This document shows, one piece after another, positions 12,612-23,900 of a DNA stretch of 64,000 bases. The stretch covers positions 114,809,438 through 114,873,437 of the forward strand of contig NC_068983.1 of assembly GCF_001194135.2 (NCBI RefSeq), written 5' to 3'. The notes beneath the pieces are model-generated. The model searched no databases. It was not told the origin of the DNA and saw only the letters and a program-made list of their open reading frames with translations. This stretch comes from Octopus bimaculoides. Lineage: Eukaryota. Every line of letters begins with the position of its first letter. The stretch's first letter is position 1. The position numbers and the translations under genes were made by a program.

Positions 12612-13110
12612 CTTTTACTTGTTTCAGTCATTGGATTGCAGCCATGCCTTCAAGGCTTTTAGTAAAATTGACTCGAAACTTATTTTTTAAAGTCTGGTAC
12701 TAATTCTATCAGTCTCTTTTGTCAAGCTGAAGAGTGGGGGAAAAAGACACACACACACATATACACAAAAAGCTTCCACACAATGTCTGTCTATCAAATT
12801 CACTTACAAGGCATTGGTTTGCTCAGAACTATTGTAGAAGACACCTGCCCAAGGTGCTATGCAGTGGGAATGAACTCAAAATCATATAATGCAAAGCAAG
12901 CTTCTTAACCACACAGCTATATATATATATATCATTTAATACCCATTTCCCATGATAGCATGGATTGGATGGCTTGACAGGAATTGGCAAGGCTAGGGGT
13001 TACACCAGGTTCCATAGTCAGTTTTGGCTTGGTTTCTACACCTGGATATCCTTCCTAATGTCAACCACTTTACAGAGTGTACTGGATGCTTTTTATGTGT
13101 CACCTTGGTT
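12612..13110 (-). mobile_element. Diverged SINE A (12612-12917) plus diverged RTE tail (12935-13110)
   Basis: Motif similarity to intact copies elsewhere in the window. Confidence 0.7.
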
Positions 13111-13666
13111 TTAGGATCTCAATTCTGTTATGGTGGGTGGTTCCATATATGTATGAATATATGTATGTATGTACACCACTCACTATCCACTTGGCCTAAA
13201 ATTGGTGCAATGGGACAAAGCAAGGAATTAATCTCTAGCTAGGTAGTTGCTCAACCTGCTATAAGCAGTAGCTAAATCTTCTTTAAATTAAGCCCTAACA
13301 TCTGATAAATGGGAGGGCTACAATAAATAATGTAATGCTACACATATCAAGGTTAAATTTAAAAAAAAATTTATGGTTGCAATATCTTATAGGACTGCTC
13401 AGTCAAAGCTGACTTAGGGCTAGACAATAACAACAATAGAAACACCATGGATACCTACAGATTGTTACTAAATTCAGAGACAGAGAGAATAAAAGTATAA
13501 TTTTTTCAGATGATTTAACCTCCCTTTTATAGCTCATAAATGTGTCAATATTTACATCGTCAAATGTAATGCTTATTTATTCACATTATTTTGAATTAAT
13601 CGTGCATTTTCTTGTAACTTCAAGATTTAGGCGCAGGAGTGGCTGTGTGGTAAGTAGTTTGCTTAC

Positions 13667-15289
13667 TTCCGGTTTGCTCATTGCGCATGTGCGCCAGACT
13701 GGCTACTTGCTGTGAACGAAGATAGACATGGTTTTCGGCTCTGTCTATAGAAGGAAAATTTGAAGAATTTGCCAGGGTAAGTCGTTTTTGTTGCTCAGCT
13801 GGGCAGCAATTTATTGCTTCTATTTATTTTTTTAGTAAATTGTTGTCCAGCGGTGTGGCATCTTCGCTTTCCTTGGCGAGTTTTTTGTGTGTTCGTTGTA
13901 CGAACAAATTTTGTATTCGCTGTTTGTGGGAGGCGGGTTCACTTGCCCACAGTAGCCAAAATTTTTGTTTTGACTTTGAGCCAAAAAAAAAAAAGCAACT
14001 TTGAGTGAAGAAAACTTTTTGTGTCTCACTGTGCGAGANNNNNNNNNNNNNNNNNNNNNNNNNNNNNNNNNNNNNNNNNNNNNNNNNNNNNNNNNNNNNN
14101 NNNNNNNNNNNNNNNNNNNNNNNNNNNNNNNNNNNNNNNNNNNNNNNNNNNNNNNNNNNNNNNNNNNNNNNNNNNNNNNNNNNNNNNNNNNNNNNNNNNN
14201 NNNNNNNNNNNNNNNNNNNNNNNNNNNNNNNNNNNNNNNNNNNNNNNNNNNNNNNNNNNNNNNNNNNNNNNNNNNNNNNNNNNNNNNNNNNNNNNNNNNN
14301 NNNNNNNNNNNNNNNNNNNNNNNNNNNNNNNNNNNNNNNNNNNNNNNNNNNNNNNNNNNNNNNNNNNNNNNNNNNNNNNNNNNNNNNNNNNNNNNNNNNN
14401 NNNNNNNNNNNNNNNNNNNNNNNNNNNNNNNNNNNNNNNNNNNNNNNNNNNNNNNNNNNNNNNNNNNNNNNNNNNNNNNNNNNNNNNNNNNNNNNNAAGG
14501 AAGAAGGTGGGCAACAATGGTTGGCCACTGAAAATTGTGGGGGAGGAGGAGGACCTTCCAGCAAAGGCAGAAGTACGCCCTACTCCAGTGGCCCCCAAAG
14601 AAAAAGAAAAAAAAGAACGAGGCACGGCCGGTGCTCGATAGTGCACCGTCGGTGTGTCCCGACACTCCGTTGGTGGGAATTGTGCCACCAACGGAGGAAA
14701 GCAGGTCGGTGGGAATTGTGCCGCTGACAGTAGAAGCTGTGGGCTCACCCTGTGAAGAAAAGGATCGGCTAATCCTATTCCGAAAGGGATGGGCCCTGCA
14801 GAAATTTGTGAATAAAAGAAAGCGTCAGAGAGATGGAGTCCTCAACTGTACTAAGGATCCGGACTGGCCTCCGCAGGTGTCTGCGGCGGTCGTGTCGAGT
14901 AGGCACTTAAGTGCATTGGTGAATTCCTTCCCCCTCGGCGAATTCAGTATTGAAAAGTGGCCCGACCCAGACCCATCGTTTTGCTTGAGAGAAGCGAAGG
15001 CTATATCGGGCGAAAAAACCTAAGAGGACGAATGCCTCATATTGTGTAATGAAAAATCGTAAGAGGCAAATGCCTTAATTTATGACTTTTTATGTACGAG
15101 GTTCATAGCCTCAATGTGAAAATTTAATTTTATAAAGAACAGTGTTATAGAGAAGCAAAGTTCGGCGGGTGGCTTTTGCCTTCTCTCATTATACCATCAT
15201 ATTTATTATCCATTTCATCTCATTAATGTTTTTGTCCAGCCCATAGCTACTCTCTGTGTACTGCCTTTATGGCAAATTGAAATGAAATA
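13667..15289 (+). mobile_element. Unclassified non-LTR-like insertion with 15-bp TSD
   Basis: TSD aagtagtttgcttac at 13652-13666 and 15290-15304; CpG-richer 5' end ttccggtttgctcattgcgcatgtgcgcc; 3' end gaaattgaaatgaaata; 458-N gap at 14039-14496. Confidence 0.85.
14497..15023 (+). pseudogene. C-terminal part of an orphan ORF in the insertion (possibly LINE ORF1-like)
   Basis: Reads KIVGEEEDLPAKAEVRPTPVAPKEKEKK, then after an apparent frameshift in an A-run NEARPVLDSAPSV...LILFRKGWALQKFVNKRKRQRDG...KDPDWPPQV...EKT-stop. No recognisable RT or endonuclease motif; the start is lost in the gap. Confidence 0.5.
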
Positions 15290-16139
15290 AAGTAGTTTGC
15301 TTACCAACCACATGGTTCCGGGTTCAGCCCCACTGCGTGGCACCTTGGACAAGTGTCTTCTACTATAACCTCGGGCCGACCAAAGCCATGTGAGTGGATT
15401 TGGTAGACGGAAACTGAAAGAAGCCCGTCGTATATATGTATATATATATGTATGTGTGTGTTTGTGTCTGTGTTTGTCCCACCACCAATGCTTGACAACC
15501 TATGGTGGTGTGTTTACATCCCCGTAACTTAGCAATTCAGCAAAAGAGACCGATAGAATAAGTCGATTTGCTCGACTAAAGGCGGTGCTCCAGCATGGCC
15601 GCAGTCAAATGACTGAAACAAGTAAAAGAGTAAAAGAGTATTTCAATAATGTGATTGTTTATTTTTAGAATGACATTGCAGGATATGTGTGAGAAGCCTA
15701 AAATAGTTAGGCCAGATATGGATGGTTTAAATGGTAAGGGGTTAAACCAAGAGCCTTGATTTCTAAATTTAGTTTTTTGTACACTGCCTATAAACTATGT
15801 TTCCATCAGTTTAAACTCCATTTGTTCTTCTTTTTAAATGAAGCTTAGAGACATCAAGCTGATCAAAATGTAGGGTAGATGTAAGTATCAAAAGCATTTC
15901 ATCTCTTAAGATGATGTTATTAGTCTGGAAAATAAATTTGTTAATGATCAGCTCATCAGGGACATTTAGATATTTAAGGAGAGAAAATAAGAGAGACAGA
16001 CAGACAGATAAACAGACAGAGACAGTGCATTTTATAAAAAAAATGATCTGGCACCTGATCATAGTCAAGCAGACCTGTAACCTACAGCAGTATTAAGTAT
16101 TAAGTATTAAGACCAATCCTGCTGATGGTGTAATGCACT

Positions 16140-16688
16140 TGTGGCAGTGCTGCATAAAAAACACCTGTGCAGTGTCACATAAAAGTGCCTGTGTGGTGTC
16201 ACATAAAAGTTCCCATGTGGCATCATGTAAAAGCACCCATGTGGCACCACATAAAAGTGCCTGTGCAGTTTCACATAAAAACACCTGTGCAGTACCACAT
16301 ATAAGTGCCTGTGTAGTGCCACATAAAAGTTTCCCTGTGGCATCATGTAAAAGCACCCATTTGGCACCACATAAAAGTGCCTGTGCAGTTTCACATAAAA
16401 GCACCTGTGCAGTGCCACATANNNNNNNNNNTCACATAAAAGTTCCCATGTGGCATCATGTAAAAGCACCCATGTGGCACCACATAAAAGTGCCTGTGCA
16501 GTTTCACATAAAAACACCTGTGCAGTACCACATATAAGTGCCTGTGTAGTGCCACATAAAAGTTTCCATGTGGCATCATGTAAAAGCACTCATTTGGCAC
16601 CACATAAAAGTGCCTGTGCAGTTTCACATAAAAGCACCTGTGCAGTGCCACATATAAGTGCCTTTGTGGTGTCACATAAAAGCACCCA
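16140..16688 (+). repeat. Minisatellite with 24-bp unit and 120-bp and 240-bp higher-order periods
   Basis: Units such as tgtgcagtgccacataaaagcacc; 16201-16320 recurs exactly at 16434-16553; a 10-N gap lies at 16422-16431. Confidence 0.95.
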
Positions 16689-16847
16689 GCACTCTCTGTA
16701 AAGTAGTTAATATTAGGAAGGGCAACCAGCCATAGAAACCATACCAAATCAGACTGGAGTCTGGTGCAGCTCCCCAGCTTGCTAGCTCTGTTCAAACCAT
16801 CCCACCCATGCCAGTTTGGACAACGGATATTAAATCATGATGATGAC
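16680..16847 (+). mobile_element. Diverged RTE 3' tail continuous with the minisatellite
   Basis: aaagcacccagcactctc...ttaggaagggc...ccacccatgccag...gatgatgac. Confidence 0.75.
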
Positions 16848-17689
16848 TACTGAGTATGCATGGTAACTGGACTCAGGCTAGAACTCAATTTTTAGCACTA
16901 AAACATATCGGGAGAACAAGAAAAGAAAGAAAAAAAAGAAAAAAGAAAAGAAAGAAATACAACCATAATGGTTGTGTGGTTATTCTATCTGTAGTAATAA
17001 CAAGGAGCCAATAAAAAGCTAAAAAGTTTGCCATATTGAATGTAACTTCTATTCCTTCTAGTAGCATTACAAAGAGCCAATGTTAAGCAGTCATCTATGT
17101 GTGGCTCTGAAGTCTACTGGGCAATTCAAGTTTAATTTCATTGCATTATGCCACAAGTGTCTTATACAATATCCTTGGTCAGATTCAAACCATGCAAATG
17201 AAGCTGGGTAGAAATTTGGCAACTGTACAGAAGCTTGTCAAGCTGACCTGTCCTTCTATAGTAGACTTGATCCATCAACTGTTTTAAAACCACCTCTGGT
17301 CTCTTGGGTAGTTTCAGTAGAGTCCAGTCTGCTGTAATGATTCAGGCCAGGTCTATCATCTGATGATGATCCAATAGACTGATGAAAAGGATCATTTACA
17401 TTTCAAACTTACAATTTTTTTTTTTTTTTTTGAAAAAGCCATAGTGCATGTCCAGTTTATCCTTCTACTTCTAGTAGTATTACAAACATGAACCTGATGA
17501 AAAATGACCAGCCATACTGGATGTCCATCTTCATTTGATGTCCTACAATCAATAGCACAGTACCAAGTGAGTAAACACACATGCACAAAACTAGTTTTAT
17601 AAGTGAGTTCGCCATCATCATCATCATCATCATCATCACTGGTGACCTCCTCCTCCTAATCATCATCCTCATCCTCATCATGCTGTCAT

Positions 17690-17850
17690 CAAGCCATCCA
17701 ACCCATGCTAATAGGTTGGATAGCTTGACAGGAACTGACAAGACCAGGGTCTGCACCAGGTTCCATTGTCTGTTTTGGCTTGATTTCTACAGCTGGATGC
17801 CCTTCAGAATGCCAACCACTTTATAAAGTGTATTGGGTGCTTTTTTACAA
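17690..17850 (-). mobile_element. Diverged RTE 3' tail
   Basis: ccatccaacccatgc...ctacagctggatgcccttc. Confidence 0.7.
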
Positions 17851-18033
17851 AACACCATCATCAGTGCTCTTTTCGTGGTGCCAGCATCCACCACCAATGC
17901 TTTTTACATGGAACCTTTTATTATCACCATTTCAATGTCCATTATTCCTCACTGACATGAACTGGATAAGTCTGCTATACATTTCTTGTGGTTCCTACAT
18001 GAGCCTCTTAACCACACAGCTATGCCTGCATCT

Positions 18034-18420
18034 GTTGTTGTTGGCACTCCGTCGCTTAAGTCGTCGAGGGTTCCAGTTGATCCGATCAACGGAACAGCCT
18101 GCTCGTGAAATTAACGTGCAAGTGGCTGAGCAATCCACAGACACGTGTACCCTTAACGGAGTTCTCGGGGATATTCAGCGTGACACAGTGTGACAAGGCT
18201 GACCCTTTGAATTACAGGCACAACAGAAACAGGAAGAAAGAGTGAGAGAAAGTTGTGGTGAAAGAGTACAGCAGGGTTCGCCACCATCCCTTGCCGGAGC
18301 CTCGTGGAGATTTAGGTGTTTTCAGTCAATAAACACTCACAACGCCCGGTCTGGGAATTAAAACCGCGATCCTATGTCCGCGAGTCTGCTGCCCTAACCA
18401 CTGTGCCATTGCGCCTCCAC
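18034..18420 (-). mobile_element. tRNA-derived SINE family B with 12-bp TSD
   Basis: Head gtggaggcgcaatggcacagtggttagg and (CAA)n tail; TSD atgcctgcatct at 18022-18033 and 18421-18432, inside a SINE A-like head. Confidence 0.9.
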
Positions 18421-18980
18421 ATGCCTGCATCTATTTATGGGTAAATTAATTAATCAATTAATTAATCCACAGTGCACTATGAATGAATAAGTTAAACGAG
18501 CAGAGTGACCTATTTAGCTAAGTTTTAGTTTGAGTACAAAATAGGTAGCTATATGCTAATACTCTGTAGACAGAGGGCTATATATGGATATGCATTCTCA
18601 AACGAAGGCCATAAAAGACTAGAAACTAGTCAGATTCCACTTTTTTTCTGACCACGGACAGATAAAGCTTATAGAATAACAACTTTGTTTACTTTTCACA
18701 ACCAAGCTAAAATTGTATGCATATTAAAAGATCAATTCAATGTTACATTTAAACTTATCTACAAAAAAAAAAATCAGTCTATGAATAAATTATATGTATG
18801 TATGTGCGTGTGTACATGATTTATTATATATTTGTATCTCCGTTTTATCTAAATGTCTACATATCCAAATGGTAGACTTGTAAATATATATATATAAGAT
18901 ATAAATACATTTGTATGTCTACACAGACACACTGAGGAACACAAAAATACACAACATATATTTATATGACAATGATGAAC

Positions 18981-19018
<38 letters not shown>

Positions 19019-19109
19019 CACACATATACGCACACACACGTGTGTATACATATATATATGTATACATGTACATATATATATGTATATATGTGTATATATA
19101 TATACATAT

Positions 19110-19479
19110 AGCTTCCGCTATCTGGGCGACCAAGTTAGTAGTGGGGGTGGGTGCGCTGAAAGTGTAGCTGCTAGAATAAGAATAGCCTGGGCAAAGTTTA
19201 GAGAGCTCTTACCCCTGCTGGCGACAAAGGGACTCTCACTCAGAGTAAAAGGCAGACTGTATGACGCATGTGTACGAACAGCCATGCTACATGGCAGTGA
19301 AACATGGGCTGTAACCGCTGAGGACATACGTAAGCTCGCAAGGAATGAAGCCAGTATGCTCCGTTGGATGTGTAATGTCAATGTGAATACCCGTCAGAGT
19401 GTAAGTATCTTGAGAGAAAAGCTGAACATTAGAAGCATCAGTTGTGGTGTGCAAGAGAGATGATTGCGGTGTTATGGAC
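19110..19479 (+). mobile_element. RTE-LINE ORF2 fragment (RT subdomain 7 and thumb)
   Basis: [37 protein letters not shown]...LYDACVRTAMLHGSETWA...ASMLRWMCNV; continues into a gap. Confidence 0.9.
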
Positions 19480-20369
19480 NNNNNNNNNNNNNNNNNNNNN
19501 NNNNNNNNNNNNNNNNNNNNNNNNNNNNNNNNNNNNNNNNNNNNNNNNNNNNNNNNNNNNNNNNNNNNNNNNNNNNNNNNNNNNNNNNNNNNNNNNNNNN
19601 NNNNNNNNNNNNNNNNNNNNNNNNNNNNNNNNNNNNNNNNNNNNNNNNNNNNNNNNNNNNNNNNNNNNNNNNNNNNNNNNNNNNNNNNNNNNNNNNNNNN
19701 NNNNNNNNNNNNNNNNNNNNNNNNNNNNNNNNNNNNNNNNNNNNNNNNNNNNNNNNNNNNNNNNNNNNNNNNNNNNNNNNNNNNNNNNNNNNNNNNNNNN
19801 NNNNNNNNNNNNNNNNNNNNNNNNNNNNNNNNNNNNNNNNNNNNNNNNNNNNNNNNNNNNNNNNNNNNNNNNNNNNNNNNNNNNNNNNNNNNNNNNNNNN
19901 NNNNNNNNNNNNNNNNNNNNNNNNNNNNNNNNNNNNNNNNNNNNNNNNNNNNNNNNNNNNNNNNNNNNNNNNNNNNNNNNNNNNNNNNNNNNNNNNNNNN
20001 NNNNNNNNNNNNNNNNNNNNNNNNNNNNNNNNNNNNNNNNNNNNNNNNNNNNNNNNNNNNNNNNNNNNNNNNNNNNNNNNNNNNNNNNNNNNNNNNNNNN
20101 NNNNNNNNNNNNNNNNNNNNNNNNNNNNNNNNNNNNNNNNNNNNNNNNNNNNNNNNNNNNNNNNNNNNNNNNNNNNNNNNNNNNNNNNNNNNNNNNNNNN
20201 NNNNNNNNNNNNNNNNNNNNNNNNNNNNNNNNNNNNNNNNNNNNNNNNNNNNNNNNNNNNNNNNNNNNNNNNNNNNNNNNNNNNNNNNNNNNNNNNNNNN
20301 NNNNNNNNNNNNNNNNNNNNNNNNNNNNNNNNNNNNNNNNNNNNNNNNNNNTATATATATATATATTAT

Positions 20370-20427
<58 letters not shown>

Positions 20428-20806
20428 GCATACATATGTGCTTGTGTGCACACACACACACGTGTATGTGTGTGTGTGAGTGTGTGTGTGTGTATCACCA
20501 TCATATGATGCATGTGAAGAAGATATAGAGGCATATGTTTGGCAAGAATTGTCAGTGGGTCAAGGTTAGGGAAGGAGAACAAATTATTGTGGTATAAAAC
20601 AAACAAGCCAGTTAGCAATTAGGCAGCCAATCAACAGGCTTTATGGCAAGCAGGAAAAAAAAAAGAAGTTACACACACACACACACAAAAAAGCATGATA
20701 TACAGATGATATATGGAGACAGAGAAGATCTAGTTTTCTGTTTACAAGGTCTGATGAATTTGCCCTTGCAAAACCCTGATAAGGACCCCTTTGTGCTGCA
20801 GCTCAG

Positions 20807-20845
<39 letters not shown>

Positions 20846-21080
20846 CATGTGTGTGAAAGAAGGTAAAAGAGAAAATTGGTGTTTAGTCCCAGGCAGAACT
20901 ATTTTAGCAACATTGTCATACCCCAGGCAAATCATAGCAGTGGACCTTACAACAAACCACAGCATATATAGATCAAAATGTGGCCCTTAAACCCATGAGG
21001 CCCTCAGGTAACTACCCAATGTGTCCGTGCTTTAAGGTGGCACTGGTCCCAGTTCAGCCCTGATTGAGTAGATCTATTCA

Positions 21081-21483
21081 TTTATTCTTTTACTTGTTTC
21101 AGTCATCTGACTGCAGCCATGCTGGAGCACTACTTTAAAGGGTTTTAGTTGAACAAATCAACCCCAGGACATTTTCTTTGTAAGCCTAGTACTTATTCTA
21201 TCAGTCTCTTTTGCCAAACTGCTAAGTTACAGGTATGTAAGCATATCAACACCGGTTGTCAAGTGATGGTGATGGGGACAACACAGACACAAAGAAGACA
21301 CACACATCATCATCATCATCATCGTTTAACGTCCGCTTTCCATGCTAGCATGGGTTGGACGAATTGACTGAGAACTGATGAAACCAGATGGCTACACCAG
21401 GCTCCAATCTGATTTGGCAGAGTTTCTACAGCTGGATGCCCTTCCTAACGCCAACCACTCAGAGAGTGTAGAGGGTGCTTTTA
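21081..21483 (-). mobile_element. Partial SINE A (21081-21300) plus RTE 3' tail (21305-21483)
   Basis: Motif identity with other copies. Confidence 0.85.
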
Positions 21484-21545
21484 CCCTCTACACTCTCTGA
21501 GTGGTTGGCGTTAGGAAGGGCATCTAGCTGTAGAAATTCTGCCAA
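21414..21545. repeat. 62-bp-arm fold-back of RTE tail sequence, 8-nt loop
   Basis: 21414-21475 is the reverse complement of 21484-21545 with 2 mismatches. Confidence 0.95.
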
Positions 21546-21574
21546 TATATATGTGTATATATATATATATATGC

Positions 21575-21725
21575 CTACATAGGTACAGGACATCACGAAC
21601 TGTGTAAACAACATGAAATACAAAAACAAACACGCAAACAACAAGAGAAAAAATGGCAAACAGGACAGGTAAACAGAGAGAATGACCCTTCATCAGTTGT
21701 CGGCTGTCTATCTACTCCCCATTTC
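21575..21725. repeat. Single copy related to the arms of the 28350-28825 fold-back
   Basis: Shares ggtacaggacatcac and cccttc..cagtt......tctatctactcc motifs. Confidence 0.55.
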
Positions 21726-22689
21726 AAGCATTCACCAACAATGAGTCTTCAAAGACAGTTGATCCCAAGGATTTATGGAAGGTCAAAGTTAGGACAATGG
21801 AGACATACAAGGAAACCAAATGAAAACAAATATAGAGGGACATTAGACCAGAACGAGAGTAAAGTAGTGAATGCTGGGAGAAATATTTTCTTTGAAAAGA
21901 GAAAAGAGGGAGAAAGAAAACGTCCAGTCCTTCGAACTTCTGTGCAGGGAAAGAAAGATGGTCACGTGTGGAAAAGATGGACGATGGTCACGTGTGAGTA
22001 ACAAGAGAGAGAAAAAGAGAAGGAGGGGCAAAGAGAGAGAGAGAGAAAATCATGAAAGAGGGAGGGGGAGAAAAAGAGAATTAGAGAAGGATGGAGATAT
22101 ATATATATATATATATATGTGTGACAGGCTTCTTTCAGTTTCCATCAACCAAATCCACTCACAGGGCTTTGGTCTGCCCAGTGCTATAGTAGAAGACACA
22201 TGCCCAAAGTGTTACACAGTGAGACTGAACATGAAACCATGTGGTTGGGAAGCAAGCATCTTACCACACAGCCATGCTATAAGTAAAGTCTTAATCTGTC
22301 ACCCTGTTTAACACCACCGACTTGTACTTTGAGTACCTTCAGGAGACCTCATTCTGTTTGGAACCATTCAGGTCAGTTCCCCGGTCTGAGGATAATTTCC
22401 TCCCTCACTTCCACCAAACTTGGAGGCTCTGGAAAGGTTTATGCTTTCCTCCTCACTAAAAAGCAATAAAAGAAAAAGAAAAGAAAAGAAAGCTTTGCAA
22501 ACTATAAACATCTCATATTTTTGTTATGTGTAGAAAACCCAAGACAACATTATTCAATATGTGCTTTTTTCTAAGATCAGAAGTGGTTTCAAGGAAATTT
22601 GGCTACTATCTCAGGCAAGTTAAGCAAACATGGAACACAATCAGGTCTTTCCAAATAGTATGTCTAATGAAAAATTACCTTGAATTATT

Positions 22690-23900
22690 TAGTAGTGCAA
22701 GCTCACCTGGTGAATGAGAAGCCCAGGTAGATGGAGGAGCTGACAAATTCCATGACATCAGGGCCAATATGGAGAGGGTCCAGGACATCACCAACATGCA
22801 TCAACTCAGTCTTTGCCCAATTCACCTGAAGGACAAAGCTTTGCTGATTTCTCTTGGTGTATGGTCAATGGATCCCTGAGCTGGTCGATTGAGTTATTGA
22901 AGAGAGTAGTGTTATCTGCATACTCCAAGTTGGCAAAGTGGTAGTTCCTGAAGGTAACATCAGAGATTCACTCATAGACCTTGGTCATTAGATAAGTGAA
23001 GACACAGATGCAGAGGTTGGAGGCAGCCATACAGCACTGTCTAACCCCACTGTTGATGAAGAACCAGTTGGAGTCCATCCTGTTCACCTGCACACAGCTC
23101 TCAACTGTCATATAGCCATTGGAACAGGGCAGTGATCTTGGGAAGCACATTGATGAGCTTGAGAATTTTTGAGTGGGATGCATGGATAACATGAGGTTGA
23201 CAAAGGGGATGTAGAGGTGGAAATCTTTGTGGAAGTCCCAAGATCTTTCAATAATGAGGTAAAGGGTAAAAATATGGTCGGTGGTAGATCGATTTGGCAC
23301 AAATCTAACTTGTTGTGGAGTTTGTCAGCTCCTTTATCTATCTGGGCTACACAGTTACCAACAAAGGATACCCTGGAGATCAACCACAGATATGGTTGCC
23401 AGGGCCATGTACTCGCAATGTGGTCCCTCATGAAAACCCTGCCAAAGAGGTTTGACAGCTTCAATAGCAGAGCCCTGAGAACCATCAAGAACATCAGATG
23501 ATGCCATAATGTTTCCAATGAAGGACTGCATGTGCACATACATCAGCCTGCATCCTCCCATTTCATAGATATCTGCCGCATGCATTGGAATGAACATGTC
23601 CTCTGCCTCCTACCAGAGCATACCACCAGGGCCTCACTCTTGTTCAATGCAACAGCTGTGGGCTGGAAGAGGCCTCATAGCAGGCCCCATGACAGATGGC
23701 TGGACATAATTAAGGAGGATCTTCAGAGACTTGACGTCATCTTGGAGGATGTAGAGAGGCTGGCACAGGATTGCCAGCAATTGGGTGGGGGTGGGGTGGA
23801 GAGGGCAGTAGTGGACCTGGTCGGCCCTATGCATGAAAACACCTCTGGGACCACTAACCTGGGATGACCCCATCCCCATCAAGCTAGAGCATGAAGAAAA
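22690..23900. mobile_element. Decayed RTE-like LINE with an inverted 5' part
   Basis: Minus strand 23310 to 22690: FVPNRSTTDHIFTL...NSGVRQ...LEYADNTTL...EFVSSSIYLG. Plus strand 23311-23870: VEFVSSFIYLG...WSLMKTL...RALRTI...GWKRPHSRPHDRWLDIIKEDL. Confidence 0.8.

Larger units (their letters stand above)
13630..15639 (+). mobile_element. SINE A split by a 1.6-kb insertion
   Basis: Head ggcgcaggagtggctgtgtggtaagtagtttgcttac at 13630-13666 resumes as aagtagtttgcttaccaaccacatgg at 15290 and runs to the aaagagt tail. Confidence 0.9.
13559..15745. mobile_element. TTAA MITE family 2 split by a SINE A insertion
   Basis: 13559-13628 and 15640-15745 (ending ggggttaa) are consecutive parts of the family-2 MITE seen at 61187-61405. 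Confidence 0.75.

Noticed and set aside
16133-16701. Cys/His-rich repeat protein (HKSACAVS)n, or a CRISPR-like array
   Set aside because: The 24-bp period is stop-free in several frames on both strands, there are no unique spacers, and the unit derives from an RTE UTR.
17457-17600. Claudin-like YGWSFF peptide on the minus strand
   Set aside because: A single short motif with no convincing splice donor and no other exons.
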